From an uncultured Thermoleophilia bacterium (lineage in GTDB: Bacteria > Actinomycetota > Thermoleophilia > Gaiellales > Gaiellaceae): a DNA stretch of 64,000 nt. The notes under the pieces are model-generated. The model saw only the letters and a list, made by a program, of their open reading frames with translations. It did not search any database and was not told the origin of the DNA. The translations under genes were made by a program, and so were the position numbers. Below, piece after piece: positions 28,689 to 37,912 of this stretch. Positions within the stretch are counted from its first letter, which is position 1. Every line of letters starts with the position of its first letter. The stretch is from positions 14,172 to 78,171 of the forward strand of contig CAWCQC010000016.1 in NCBI GenBank assembly GCA_963797645.1, written 5' to 3'.

Positions 28689-30596
28689 ATGCCCCGACCA
28701 AGGGGGGCTGTGCTGCGGAGGCTCGTCGGAGTCGCGGTCGTAATGTCGCTCGTGCTTGGCGTTTGCGCCTCTGGGCGTGCCGCCGATGGGAGGCATCTGG
28801 CTGACGGCGGCCGAGATCCGAGGCGCTCCCCACGAGCGGCAGCGCCTGGAACGCCGTCAAGGCGGCAGCCGACGGTAGCCTCGGAGCCCCGGACCTGGCC
28901 GACTACAACTCGAATCACGACGTGAGGACCCTGGCCGTCGCGCTTGCCTACGTGCGCACGAGCGATCCGGCCTATCGCGAGAAGGCCGTGGACGCGATCA
29001 TGAAGCGCAATCGGCACCGAGGACGGAGGCCAGGCCGTCACCCTCGGCTGGAACTCGTCTCGTACGTCGCCGCCGCCGACCTGATCGACTTCCAGGCGTT
29101 CGACCCTGTCCGCGAAGGCCAGTTCCGTTCCTGGCTCGGACGGCGCTACGCCGCGAGGTCTTCTCCGACGGGTCGCTCGTCTCGAACGACGAGCAGCGCG
29201 CAAACAACCACGGCAGGGTTGCGGGTGCAAGCCGGGCAGCCGTCGCTGCGTACCTGAACGACGTCGGCGACCTCGCTCGAACCGCCCAGGTGTTCCAGGG
29301 CTTCCTCGGCGATCGAGCGGCGTACGCCGGATTCGAAGTGGAACAGCGACCTCTCGTGGCAAGTCGATCCCTCGAACCCGGTCGGCGTCGATCCGGTGGG
29401 CGAGTCAAGGACGGTCATACGATCGACGGAGCGCTTCCCGAGGGAGATGCGCCGTGGATGCTCGTTCCGCTGGCCGCCCTGCCTGACGCGGTACCCCTGG
29501 GGCGCGCTCCAGGGAGCCCTGGTCGAGGCCGAGATCCTGTTCCGCCGAGGCTACGACGCCTTCGAGCTGGCGAAGCCGGGCGTTGCGCCGCGCCGTGCAG
29601 TTCCTGCGCGACCTCGACCTCCAGTTCGGGGGCTGGTGGGCGACGGGTGACGACGCGTGGCAACCCTGGTTCGTCAATTTCGCGTACGGCACGAGCTTCC
29701 CGACGAGCCCGGCTGCCATCGGCAAGACGATGGGGTGGACCGACTGGACACACGCCCGAACCCGTGGCGGCACGGGGAGCGGAAACACTGCCCCGGTGTG
29801 CTCGGCCGTGACGCTGAGCACGCCGCAGGACACGCCTGGTGAGGCGACTCCGGCTTGCTCCGATGCTGACCTCGATCCGCTGACCTTCGAGATCGTCTCG
29901 CAAGGAGCAAAGGGCGTAGCGTCCGTGGTCGGTGGGCTTCTCCGCTACCAGCCCAGTCCTGGGGCGACCGGAGGCGACACGTTCACCTACCGTGCCCTCG
30001 ACGGGACACTCGCTTCGAACGTCGCGTCCGTGTCGGTGACGATCGCGCCAGCGGGCGGCGGTGGAGGAGGCGGGAGCCTGACGCTCCTCCCCGACGGCGA
30101 TGTCGCGCGCGGTCCGACCGTCAGGGACAAGAGCGGCGGCGTCCTCTCGCTGTTCTCGTCCATCGACGAGCGGGTTGCGGCCGCGGACGACGGGACCTCG
30201 TACGTCCGCAATGACAATAGACAGAGCGGCTCCTACACGGCCCGTCTCTCGGACACACCAGCCGGCTTCGCGAGCATGACGGCGATCAGCGTCTCCGTTC
30301 GCGCGAGAACGACCGGCCGGATCGACGATGCGACCGCACTCTACGCGCAGGTGCTTGCGGCGGACGGGGTCACGCCGCTGACCGCCGAGGCTCTTCTCGC
30401 CACGAATCCCGGCGTGTCGGCCTGGACGACGATCGCAAACGTCTCGCTTCCGGCCGTCGCGGCCGGGTCGAAGGCGCTGTGGGACGGGGCGGTGCTCCGC
30501 CTGCGCTGGCAGTTCACCCCGGTCGGCTCTCCTGATACGACGCAGCTCCGCCTGACAGCTGTTGAGCTCGGCGGCCACCTCCGCATAGTCGCCTGA
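28689..30596 (+). pseudogene. secreted alginate-lyase-fold polysaccharide lyase-like protein with C-terminal Ig-like and beta domains, at least 6 apparent frameshifts
   Basis: Signal peptide MPRPRGAVLRRLVGVAVVMSLVLGVCASG. Pieces TSGSAWNAVKAAADGSLGAPDLADYNSNHDVRTLAVALAYVRTSDPAYREKAVDAI, DEQRANNHGRVAGA (NNH motif), RYPWGALQGALVEAEILFRRGYDAFELA and LRRAVQFLRDLDLQFGGWWATGDDAWQPWF are spread over all three frames. The last 337 codons are intact. Confidence 0.6.
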
Positions 30597-30712
30597 TCCC
30601 GCGATCTGCAGCTCGCTCGTCGATGCGCCTGGCAGGCTCGAACCTCACTAAGGTTCTCGGGGGTTTCGGTTGCTGCCAGCAAACGGCGAACAGACGAGAG
30701 GAGCCAAGCCCC

Positions 30713-31525
30713 ATGAATCCGAACAAGGCGCTCTGGGAAAAGGGCGATTTCACTCGCATCGCGGCGACCATGAGAGAGAGTGGGGAGACGCTCGTCGACG
30801 GACTGGGAATCACCAGAGAGCTGGACGTTCTGGACCTCGGCTGCGGCGACGGGACCACGGCCCTGCCGGCGGCGAGGCTCGGGGCGAATGTGCTGGGTGT
30901 CGACATCGCCAGGAACCTTGTCGAGGCCGGCAACGCACGGGCGCAGAGTCTCGGCCTCACCAACTGCAGGTTCCAGGAAGGCGATGCGTCCGATCTGAAC
31001 GAGCTCGAGGATGACAGCTTCGACCTCGTGGTCAGCATCTTCGGAGCGATGTTCGCTCCGAAGCCATTCGACGTGGCCAAGGAGATGGTCCGCGTGACGC
31101 GGCCCGGCGGTCGGATCGTCATGGGCAACTGGATCCCCAACGACCCGACGCTCGTCGCCCAGATCCTGAGAATCAGCGCCGCCTACTCGCCGCCGCCTCC
31201 GGAAGGATTCGTCAGCCCGATGACGTGGGGGATGGAGGAGAACGTGATCGACCGCTTCGCGAGCGCGGGCGTGCCGGAAGAGCGGATCTCGTGCGAGCGG
31301 GACACGTATTGGTTCAACTTCCCGGGCGCGCCGTCGGAGTATCTGACGGAGTTCAGGACGTACTACGGGCCGACAATGAACGCCTTCGCAGCCGCTGCCG
31401 CTAACGGCCGCGAGGCCGAGCTGCAGGCCGAGTTGGAAGCCCTCTTCAACGGCCAGAACGCAAGCGGGAGCAAGGATGCCACCTCCATTCCCGCAACGTT
31501 CCTGCGCGTCACGGTCGCGGTGTGA
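30713..31525 (+). CDS. class I SAM-dependent methyltransferase
   Basis: VLDLGCGDGTTALPAARLGANVLGVDIA, DLVVSIFGAMF, VTRPGGRIVMGNW. Intact. Confidence 0.9.
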   Translation: MNPNKALWEKGDFTRIAATMRESGETLVDGLGITRELDVLDLGCGDGTTALPAARLGANVLGVDIARNLVEAGNARAQSLGLTNCRFQEGDASDLNELEDDSFDLVVSIFGAMFAPKPFDVAKEMVRVTRPGGRIVMGNWIPNDPTLVAQILRISAAYSPPPPEGFVSPMTWGMEENVIDRFASAGVPEERISCERDTYWFNFPGAPSEYLTEFRTYYGPTMNAFAAAAANGREAELQAELEALFNGQNASGSKDATSIPATFLRVTVAV

Positions 31526-31681
31526 GCGGTACACCCCTGCCGAAGACGGCCGCGTCGGTACCTGGGCCGCATTGCCCCAGGACACGCTGAGAACTGCTGG
31601 TCTGGGAGCAGGGATCGCGCTCCAGCTCGACCGAGGCGGCATGAGGTCATGCCACACAAGGAACGCGCAGGCGAGACTGCG

Positions 31682-32320
31682 CTACGACACGGCTGGCTCG
31701 TGCCGGCCGACCACGAACCAGATCGCGTGGACGGGCTCGTCCCCGACGTTCGCGAACCGGTGAGGGGTCGTGCACTCGAACCCGATCGAGTCGCCTGGTC
31801 CGAGCTCGTAGGTGTTGAAGCCGATCGTCACCTGGAGGCGGCCGGACAGCACGTATCCGAACTCCTGGCCGCTGTGGCGCAACAGGGCGTTCGCCGGTGT
31901 CGACTCTCCTCCGACGCCGTAGATGAGGTAGAGGAAGTCGATGTTGGGATCGGGTTTCGGCGCCAGGCGCTCCCAGCTGACTCCGCTCCCGAGCTCGATC
32001 TTCGGCCGGTTCTCCGGGTGCTGTACGACTCCGTCCGGCGAGGCGGGCGGCTGTTCGTCCGGAATCGGGGCCTGAGCGCTCGACGCTGGGCCGGCGAAGG
32101 CGATCTCGCTCAGCGAGAGACGGAGCTCGCTCGCAATCGCGAACAGCGTCGTCGCCGACGGATCGGCCTTACCTTTCTCGATCTGCGAGATGTGCGCCGG
32201 CGAGACGCCGACCCGGCGGGCAAGCTCACGGACCCCGATGTCCTGGCGGAGCCGTGCTTCGCGGAGCCTCGTCCCGAGGTACGCACGGGCATCCTGCGAC
32301 CGAGCCACGGTACGGTTCAT
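31682..32320 (-). CDS. XRE-family HTH regulator with C-terminal cupin domain
   Basis: LREARLRQDIGVRELARRVGVSPAHISQIEKGKADPSATTLFAIASEL, then cupin-like GQEFGYVLSGRLQVTIGFNTYELGPGDSIGFECTTPHRF. Divergent from the Mo-hydroxylase operon. Confidence 0.9.
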   Translation of the reverse strand: MNRTVARSQDARAYLGTRLREARLRQDIGVRELARRVGVSPAHISQIEKGKADPSATTLFAIASELRLSLSEIAFAGPASSAQAPIPDEQPPASPDGVVQHPENRPKIELGSGVSWERLAPKPDPNIDFLYLIYGVGGESTPANALLRHSGQEFGYVLSGRLQVTIGFNTYELGPGDSIGFECTTPHRFANVGDEPVHAIWFVVGRHEPAVS

Positions 32321-32438
32321 GGGCGAAGTATTGCAGAACGAGCGCACCCGTTCCTGTCAGTGAACAGACAAAAACGCTGGCTCCGCACCGGACTGCAGCC
32401 GTATTCAAGCCAGTTGTGGCGTTTACTCGGCGGTGTGC

Positions 32439-32468
32439 TTGACACCGATCTCCCATGGTGTTTACACT
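32439..32468 (+). promoter_or_regulatory. sigma70-like promoter TTGACA-N18-TACACT overlapping a 7-bp inverted repeat (32457-32478)
   Basis: TTGACA at 32439-32444 and TACACT at 32463-32468. GGTGTTT-N8-AAACACC ends 1 nt before ATG 32479, which implies a leaderless or near-leaderless transcript. Confidence 0.45.
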
Positions 32469-32478
32469 CGCAAACACC

Positions 32479-33354
32479 ATGAAGCCCGTGAGCTTCGAGT
32501 ACCACCCGGTGCGAGACTGCGCTGAAGCGCTCGCGATACTGCGGGATCTCGGCGACGACGCTCGGGTTCTCGCGGGCGGGCAGAGCCTGATCCCGCTCAT
32601 GAACTTCCGCCTCTCGCAGCCGGCGCACCTGGTGGCGATCGCCGGCATCGAGGAGCTTCGGTACGCTCGCGTCGAAGGCGAGGAGCTGGCGGTTGGCGCC
32701 GCTGCGCGTCAGGCGGACGTCGAGCACGACGGCACCGTTCACGAGCAGCTGCCGCTGCTCGTCGAGGCGCTAGGGCTGGTGGCCCATCCGCCCATCAGGC
32801 ATCGCGGAACCGTGTGCGGGAGCCTCGCGCACGCTGATCCTGCGTCCGAGCTTCCTGCCGTGGCTCTTGCGCTCGGGGCGACGCTCGTTGCTCGGAGCGC
32901 GGCCGGGGAGCGACTCGTACCGGCCCGTGACTTCTTCCAGGGCGCATTCATGACCGCGCTCGCCCCCGACGAGTTGCTCGCCGAGGTCCGCTTTCCCCTC
33001 GATCGTGGTAACGGTCACGCGATCCTCGAGTGCGCGAGAACTCACGGGAACTTCGCGCTCGCCGGGGCTGTTTCGGTGCTCCGTCTCGACGGGGCCCGCC
33101 GTGCGCGGAATGTCGCGATCGTGGTCTTCGGGGCATGTCCCCGCCCGACTCGGGTCGACGCCGCAGCCGCCCTTCTCGAGGGCGAGGTAGTGACTGAGGA
33201 CCTCGTCGCCGAGGTAGCGGCCCGGGCAGCCGACGGAATCGAGACGATCGCGGACATCCACGGGTCGGCTTCGTATCGCCGACGCCTTGCCCGCGTTTAC
33301 GTCAAGCGGTCATTGCTTCGTGCCATAGCCCGAGCGGAGGAGGAGTCGGGATGA
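32479..33354 (+). CDS. Mo-hydroxylase FAD-binding medium subunit (CoxM/CutM type)
   Basis: VLAGGQSLIPLMNFRL motif. Upstream ATG 32455 is possible, but the promoter geometry favours 32479. The stop overlaps the next start. Confidence 0.85.
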   Translation: MKPVSFEYHPVRDCAEALAILRDLGDDARVLAGGQSLIPLMNFRLSQPAHLVAIAGIEELRYARVEGEELAVGAAARQADVEHDGTVHEQLPLLVEALGLVAHPPIRHRGTVCGSLAHADPASELPAVALALGATLVARSAAGERLVPARDFFQGAFMTALAPDELLAEVRFPLDRGNGHAILECARTHGNFALAGAVSVLRLDGARRARNVAIVVFGACPRPTRVDAAAALLEGEVVTEDLVAEVAARAADGIETIADIHGSASYRRRLARVYVKRSLLRAIARAEEESG

Positions 33355-33866
33355 GCGAACATCGGATAGCGCTCGAGGTGAACGGGGAGCCGGTAGAAGC
33401 GACCGTCGAGTCGAGGCGCCTGCTCGTGGACTTCTTGCGCTACGACCTCGGGCTCGTCGGCGTGCACGTCGGCTGCGAGCACGGCGTGTGTGGGACGTGC
33501 ACAGTGCTTCTCGACGGGAGGAGCGCACGCTCGTGCATCGCGTTCGCGGTGGAAGTGGATGGGTCGTCGATCACGACGGTCGAGGGCCTTGCTCCGCACG
33601 GACGGCTGAACCCGCTCCAGGAGGCGTTCCTGGAGAACCACGGCCTGCAATGCGGGTACTGCACGCCGGGGATGCTGCTTCGCGCGACCGAGTTCCTGCG
33701 TGAGAACCCCGCCCCCACACGGGCCGAGGCGCGCGAGGCGATCGCGAGCAACCTGTGCCGCTGTACCGGCTACCAGTTCATCGTCGACGCGCTCCTCGAC
33801 GCCGCTTCTCGGCTCCAGGCCGCGCCGGACGACGTGATGGGCGTCAGTGCGGGCGCGCACGAATGA
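33351..33866 (+). CDS. Mo-hydroxylase [2Fe-2S] small subunit (CoxS/CutS type)
   Basis: CEHGVCGTCTV, CGYCTPGM and NLCRCTGYQ cysteine motifs. Confidence 0.95.
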   Translation: MSEHRIALEVNGEPVEATVESRRLLVDFLRYDLGLVGVHVGCEHGVCGTCTVLLDGRSARSCIAFAVEVDGSSITTVEGLAPHGRLNPLQEAFLENHGLQCGYCTPGMLLRATEFLRENPAPTRAEAREAIASNLCRCTGYQFIVDALLDAASRLQAAPDDVMGVSAGAHE

Positions 33867-36289
33867 CGATGACCGTGGATGCACCGCACCGCTGGATCGG
33901 CAAGTCGATCCCGAAGGTCGAGGATCGGAAGTTCTTGCTCGGCCGCGGCAACTACGTCGATGACCTTTCGGTACCGGGCATGCTCCATGCCGCGATGCTG
34001 CGAAGCCCGCACGCGCACGCGCGCATTCTCAGCATCGACGCCGAGCGGGCTCGCGGGCTGCCCGGTGTCGCCGCGGTCGTGACGTGCCTCGAGGCCATGG
34101 AGCTGTGCGACCCGATGCCGGATTTCGGCCCGGCTCCCGAGCTGCACGCGTGGCGATGCATGGCGTCCGACAAGGTGCGCTTCGTCGGAGAGCCTGTAGC
34201 CGCGATCGTCGCGTCGAGCCGCTACGTCGCCGAGGACGCGCGCGATCTCATCGAGGTCGAATACGACATCCTCGAGCCTGTCGTCGACGCGCAGGGCGCG
34301 ATGGAACCCTCCGCTCCGCTCGTGCACGAGGGCCTGAGCTCCAACGTGGCGATCGACTCGACGCTCAGCTACGGCGACCTCGATGCGGCGTTCGCCAACG
34401 CGGCCCTCGTGGTCCGCGACCACTTGTACTGGGGCCGGACGGGCGGTCAGCCGCTCGAGACCGTTGGTGCCGTCGCGAGCTACGACCCGGCGACCGGCCT
34501 GATGACGATCCACTCGAACTCGGTCGCCCTCACGAACTTCCTGTTCCTGCTCGCGAAGGCGATGAAGATTCCCGCGAACAAGCTGGACCTCCATCCGCAT
34601 CCTGCGGGCGGGAGCTTCGGATCGAAGTTCTGGGCGGTGCGGGTCAACGTGCTCGCCGGGATGCTGAGCAAGGTCGTTGGCCGCCCGGTGAAGTACGTGG
34701 AGGATCGCCTCGACAATCTCTCCTGCTGCGACCACCACGGCTCCGAACGGTCCTACGACATCGAGCTTGCGGTCGCCGCCGACGGTACCTTCACGGGGCT
34801 TCGGCTGGACGTGGTCGACGACTACGGCGCCTACATCCAATTCGGGTTGGGCACGCACGGCAACGCCATGGCGCAGGTCATCGGCCCGTACCGGATCGAA
34901 GCGATCGAATACCGGGCACGCGGCGTCTTCACGAACAAGTGCCAGCAGGGCGCGTACCGGGGATTCGGGTCGGAGGTGCACAACTTCGTGCTCGAGCGCA
35001 TCGTCGATCTCGCGGCCCGCGAGCTCGGCGAGGACCCGGTCGAGCTGCGCCGGCGCAACTTCATCCGCCCCGAGCAGTTCCCCTACAAGATCCCCGGCGG
35101 CAACGAGTACGACAGCGGCGACTACGAGGCGGTGCTCGACAAGGCGCTCGAGCTCGCCGACCTTCCACACTGGCGGCGCGAGCAGGAACGTCTCCGCAAG
35201 GAAGGTCGCCACATCGGCATCGGTCTGGTCACGTGCCAGGAGCGCAGCGTCTACGCGGCGAACGAATGGTGGTTCTTCGATCGCGGCAAGGGCACCTTCG
35301 TCTCGAGCGTCCCCGAGAGCATTACGCTCAGCGTCGACGCCACCGGCGGCATCACGGCGACGCTGTACTCGACCGCCTTCTGGGGTAACAGCCCTGAAAC
35401 GGTCGTGGCCCAGTGCGTCGCCGAAGAGATCGGCGTGGAGCCGGAAGGCGTGAGCATCGTCTACGCGGGAACGAGGACCGGTCTCCCGGCCAGCGGCCCG
35501 GGCGGCAGCAGATTCACCGTCATGATCGCCGGCGCGGTTCAGGGGGCCGCGCAACAGATACGAGAGAAGGCGATCAAGGTGGCCGCTCACATGCTCGAGG
35601 CCAGCCCGGACGACCTCGAGTTCGTGTCCGGCGGAGTCCAGGTGCGCGGCAACCCGGATACCCGGAAGTCGCTCGCGGAGATCGCGATCATGCCGCGTCT
35701 GTTCAAGCACAGCCTTCCGGACGACATCGACAGCGGCTTCGAAGCGCACATGGTCTTCGACCATCCGTACACGACCCTTACCACCGAAGACCGCTCCGAC
35801 CTCGGGATCTTCTATCCGATGATGGGCCACGCCTGCCACATCCCGGTCGTCGAGGTCGATGTCGAGACGGGAGAGGTCAGTTTCCTGCAATACGTGGCGG
35901 TGCACGACTGCGGCACGCTGATCAATCCGCGCTCGCTCGCGGGCCACATCGTCGGTGGGCTCGCTCAGGGCGTGGGACAGACGCTGCTCGAGCAGTTCGT
36001 CTACAGCCCCGATGGGCAGCTTCTCACGTCAAGCTATCTCGACTACCTGATCCCGTCCGCGATGGAGGTTCCCGACGTCACGATCGGCCACGTGGAGACG
36101 CCGTCGCCGTTCACGCCGTATGGGGCGAAGGGAGGCGGGGAAGGCGGCCGGATGCAATCACCTGCCGCGATCGCGGCCGCCATCGACGACGCGCTGGAAC
36201 CGTTCGGCGTCCGCGTCCGTGACCTGCCGGCGACGCCGGAGCGCATCGTCGAGATGCTCGAGGCGGGACGCCACGCCGAGGCGCGCTAG
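33863..36289 (+). CDS. Mo-hydroxylase molybdopterin-binding large subunit (xanthine dehydrogenase / aldehyde oxidase family)
   Basis: ATG overlaps the small-subunit stop (ATGA). RWIGKSIPKVEDRKFLLGRGNYVDD, QQGAYRGFG and GAKGGGEGG. It lacks the form-I CO-dehydrogenase loop, so the substrate is unknown. Confidence 0.9.
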   Translation: MTMTVDAPHRWIGKSIPKVEDRKFLLGRGNYVDDLSVPGMLHAAMLRSPHAHARILSIDAERARGLPGVAAVVTCLEAMELCDPMPDFGPAPELHAWRCMASDKVRFVGEPVAAIVASSRYVAEDARDLIEVEYDILEPVVDAQGAMEPSAPLVHEGLSSNVAIDSTLSYGDLDAAFANAALVVRDHLYWGRTGGQPLETVGAVASYDPATGLMTIHSNSVALTNFLFLLAKAMKIPANKLDLHPHPAGGSFGSKFWAVRVNVLAGMLSKVVGRPVKYVEDRLDNLSCCDHHGSERSYDIELAVAADGTFTGLRLDVVDDYGAYIQFGLGTHGNAMAQVIGPYRIEAIEYRARGVFTNKCQQGAYRGFGSEVHNFVLERIVDLAARELGEDPVELRRRNFIRPEQFPYKIPGGNEYDSGDYEAVLDKALELADLPHWRREQERLRKEGRHIGIGLVTCQERSVYAANEWWFFDRGKGTFVSSVPESITLSVDATGGITATLYSTAFWGNSPETVVAQCVAEEIGVEPEGVSIVYAGTRTGLPASGPGGSRFTVMIAGAVQGAAQQIREKAIKVAAHMLEASPDDLEFVSGGVQVRGNPDTRKSLAEIAIMPRLFKHSLPDDIDSGFEAHMVFDHPYTTLTTEDRSDLGIFYPMMGHACHIPVVEVDVETGEVSFLQYVAVHDCGTLINPRSLAGHIVGGLAQGVGQTLLEQFVYSPDGQLLTSSYLDYLIPSAMEVPDVTIGHVETPSPFTPYGAKGGGEGGRMQSPAAIAAAIDDALEPFGVRVRDLPATPERIVEMLEAGRHAEAR

Positions 36290-37155
36290 TGGCGATGCCC
36301 CGCATCGATCCAGGCGCGGTCGTCCGGGCAGCGCAGCTCGTACGGGAAGGCCGGATCTTCTCGCTCGCCCGTGAGCGGTTCCCTGGCATGCCGCTTTTCC
36401 CTGGACATCCTCCGTTCCAGGTGTTGACCTACCGAAGCCCACAGGGCATCTGCGCCGCGGGAGACCAGCCATGGGGACCGCGGAACGAGGTAGGGCTCGC
36501 CTATATCAGCGAGCTCCTCATAGGCAGCGCACACTCGGGCGCGCACATCGACGCGCTCGCCCATATCACCGTCGGTGACGAGCAGCGCTGGCACGGAGGG
36601 TCGGCACGCACGGACCTTGGCGACTTCGGACCGTTGAAGGGTGGTGCCGAGGAGCTGTTCCCGATCTGGACACGCGGGGTGCTGTTCGACGTGCCCGCTC
36701 ACCGCGGTGTCGAATTCCTCGGAGCCGGCGAGCCGGTCACGAGCGCGGATCTTCAGGCCATCGCCGATCGCGCCGGCGTCTCGGTCGAGCCCGGCGACGT
36801 TGCGCTCGTTCGCACCGGCTACATGCGGCACTGGCCCGACCCGGTGCGGATGCAGGCGAACCGCGGACCGGGCCCCGACCTGAGCGCAGCACGCTGGCTA
36901 CACGAGCGCGGCGTGATCGCCACGGGCAGCGACACCGAGACCTATGAAGTGCAGCCGGCGGTGGACTCCCTCGAGCCCTGGAACCCGCAGCCCGTCCACA
37001 CGTTCCTGCTCGTCGAGCAGGGCATCTACCTCATGGAGCTGCTCGACCTCGAAGAGCTCGCGGCAGCCGGCGTCACCGAGTTCCTGTTCGTCGCCCTTCC
37101 GCTCTCGATCCGGGGCGCCACGGGATCGCTGATCGATCCGATCGCCGTCGTCTAG
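36289..37155 (+). CDS. putative cyclase / kynurenine-formamidase-like hydrolase
   Basis: HSGAHIDALAH (HxGxHxDxxxH-type metal motif) and a conserved C-terminal beta region. The start overlaps the large-subunit stop. Confidence 0.8.
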   Translation: MAMPRIDPGAVVRAAQLVREGRIFSLARERFPGMPLFPGHPPFQVLTYRSPQGICAAGDQPWGPRNEVGLAYISELLIGSAHSGAHIDALAHITVGDEQRWHGGSARTDLGDFGPLKGGAEELFPIWTRGVLFDVPAHRGVEFLGAGEPVTSADLQAIADRAGVSVEPGDVALVRTGYMRHWPDPVRMQANRGPGPDLSAARWLHERGVIATGSDTETYEVQPAVDSLEPWNPQPVHTFLLVEQGIYLMELLDLEELAAAGVTEFLFVALPLSIRGATGSLIDPIAVV

Positions 37156-37159
37156 CACC

Positions 37160-37912
37160 GTGGTGGAGGTGACGCTGATCCGGCCTGCAGGCCCGCGAGG
37201 TCACGTGATCGGCGACCTCCGGTCGGTCCTCATCGCCGACATCGTCTCAGGAGAGCTCCTCGGGCCCTTCGCACTTGATGGCTGGAGCAGGCTTGCCACG
37301 CGGTATGAGGTCTCGACCGCGGCCTTGCGCCTCGTCACGGCCGAGCTTCAAGAGCTGGGCCTCGTGACAGTCGACCGCTCCGGGATGCGGGTGGCCGATC
37401 AGGAGTCGTGGCACCTCCTCGCACCAGCCGTCTTCCCCGAGCTCGACCAGCCGCGCGGCCGCGACGCGATCGCCGCCTACATGGAGGCGCGTCGCATCGT
37501 GGACGCAGAGCTGTGCGCACTGGCTGCACAGCGCCGCTGCGCGGACGACATCGACGAGCTCTCGCACGTGATCCGCTTGATTGCCGCCGTCACCAGAGCA
37601 TCGACGGAGGCGCCTGGCCCACGGCGACGCTTCGAGGCCGCGGACGAGCGGCTTCGGTGCACGATCGCGCGCGCAGCCCACAACCGCCACCTCGCGGCGG
37701 TGTCGGCTCGCCTTCGACGCCGGATGCACGACGCGGACGGGATCACCAGGCGAGCCCGTGCCTGCCCGGTGTCCGGATCGATTCTCAATGCGCTGGTGGA
37801 CGCGATTCGACGCGGCGATCCCGAGGAGGCATTACGGGCGGCCCAGGACGAGATCGACCTGCTCGAACGCTGGGTCTGGCGTACGCTTGCCGGCCTGAGG
37901 CGCGATCGGTGA
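37160..37912 (+). CDS. GntR/FadR-family transcriptional regulator
   Basis: Winged-HTH SRLATRYEVSTAALRLVTAELQELGLVTVDRSGMRVAD followed by an all-helical FCD-like C-terminal domain. Confidence 0.8.
   Translation: MVEVTLIRPAGPRGHVIGDLRSVLIADIVSGELLGPFALDGWSRLATRYEVSTAALRLVTAELQELGLVTVDRSGMRVADQESWHLLAPAVFPELDQPRGRDAIAAYMEARRIVDAELCALAAQRRCADDIDELSHVIRLIAAVTRASTEAPGPRRRFEAADERLRCTIARAAHNRHLAAVSARLRRRMHDADGITRRARACPVSGSILNALVDAIRRGDPEEALRAAQDEIDLLERWVWRTLAGLRRDR

Noticed and set aside
33770-35947. 725-aa antisense ORF opposite the Mo-hydroxylase large subunit, and 560-aa ORF 24423..26105 opposite the FAD oxidase
   Set aside because: The sense strands carry unmistakable family motifs. The antisense translations are low-complexity.
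33863-36289. Carbon-monoxide dehydrogenase (CoxL form I) call
   Set aside because: The diagnostic CODH active-site loop (VAYRCSFR type) is not present; the region reads QQGAYRGFG. It is called a generic Mo-hydroxylase.
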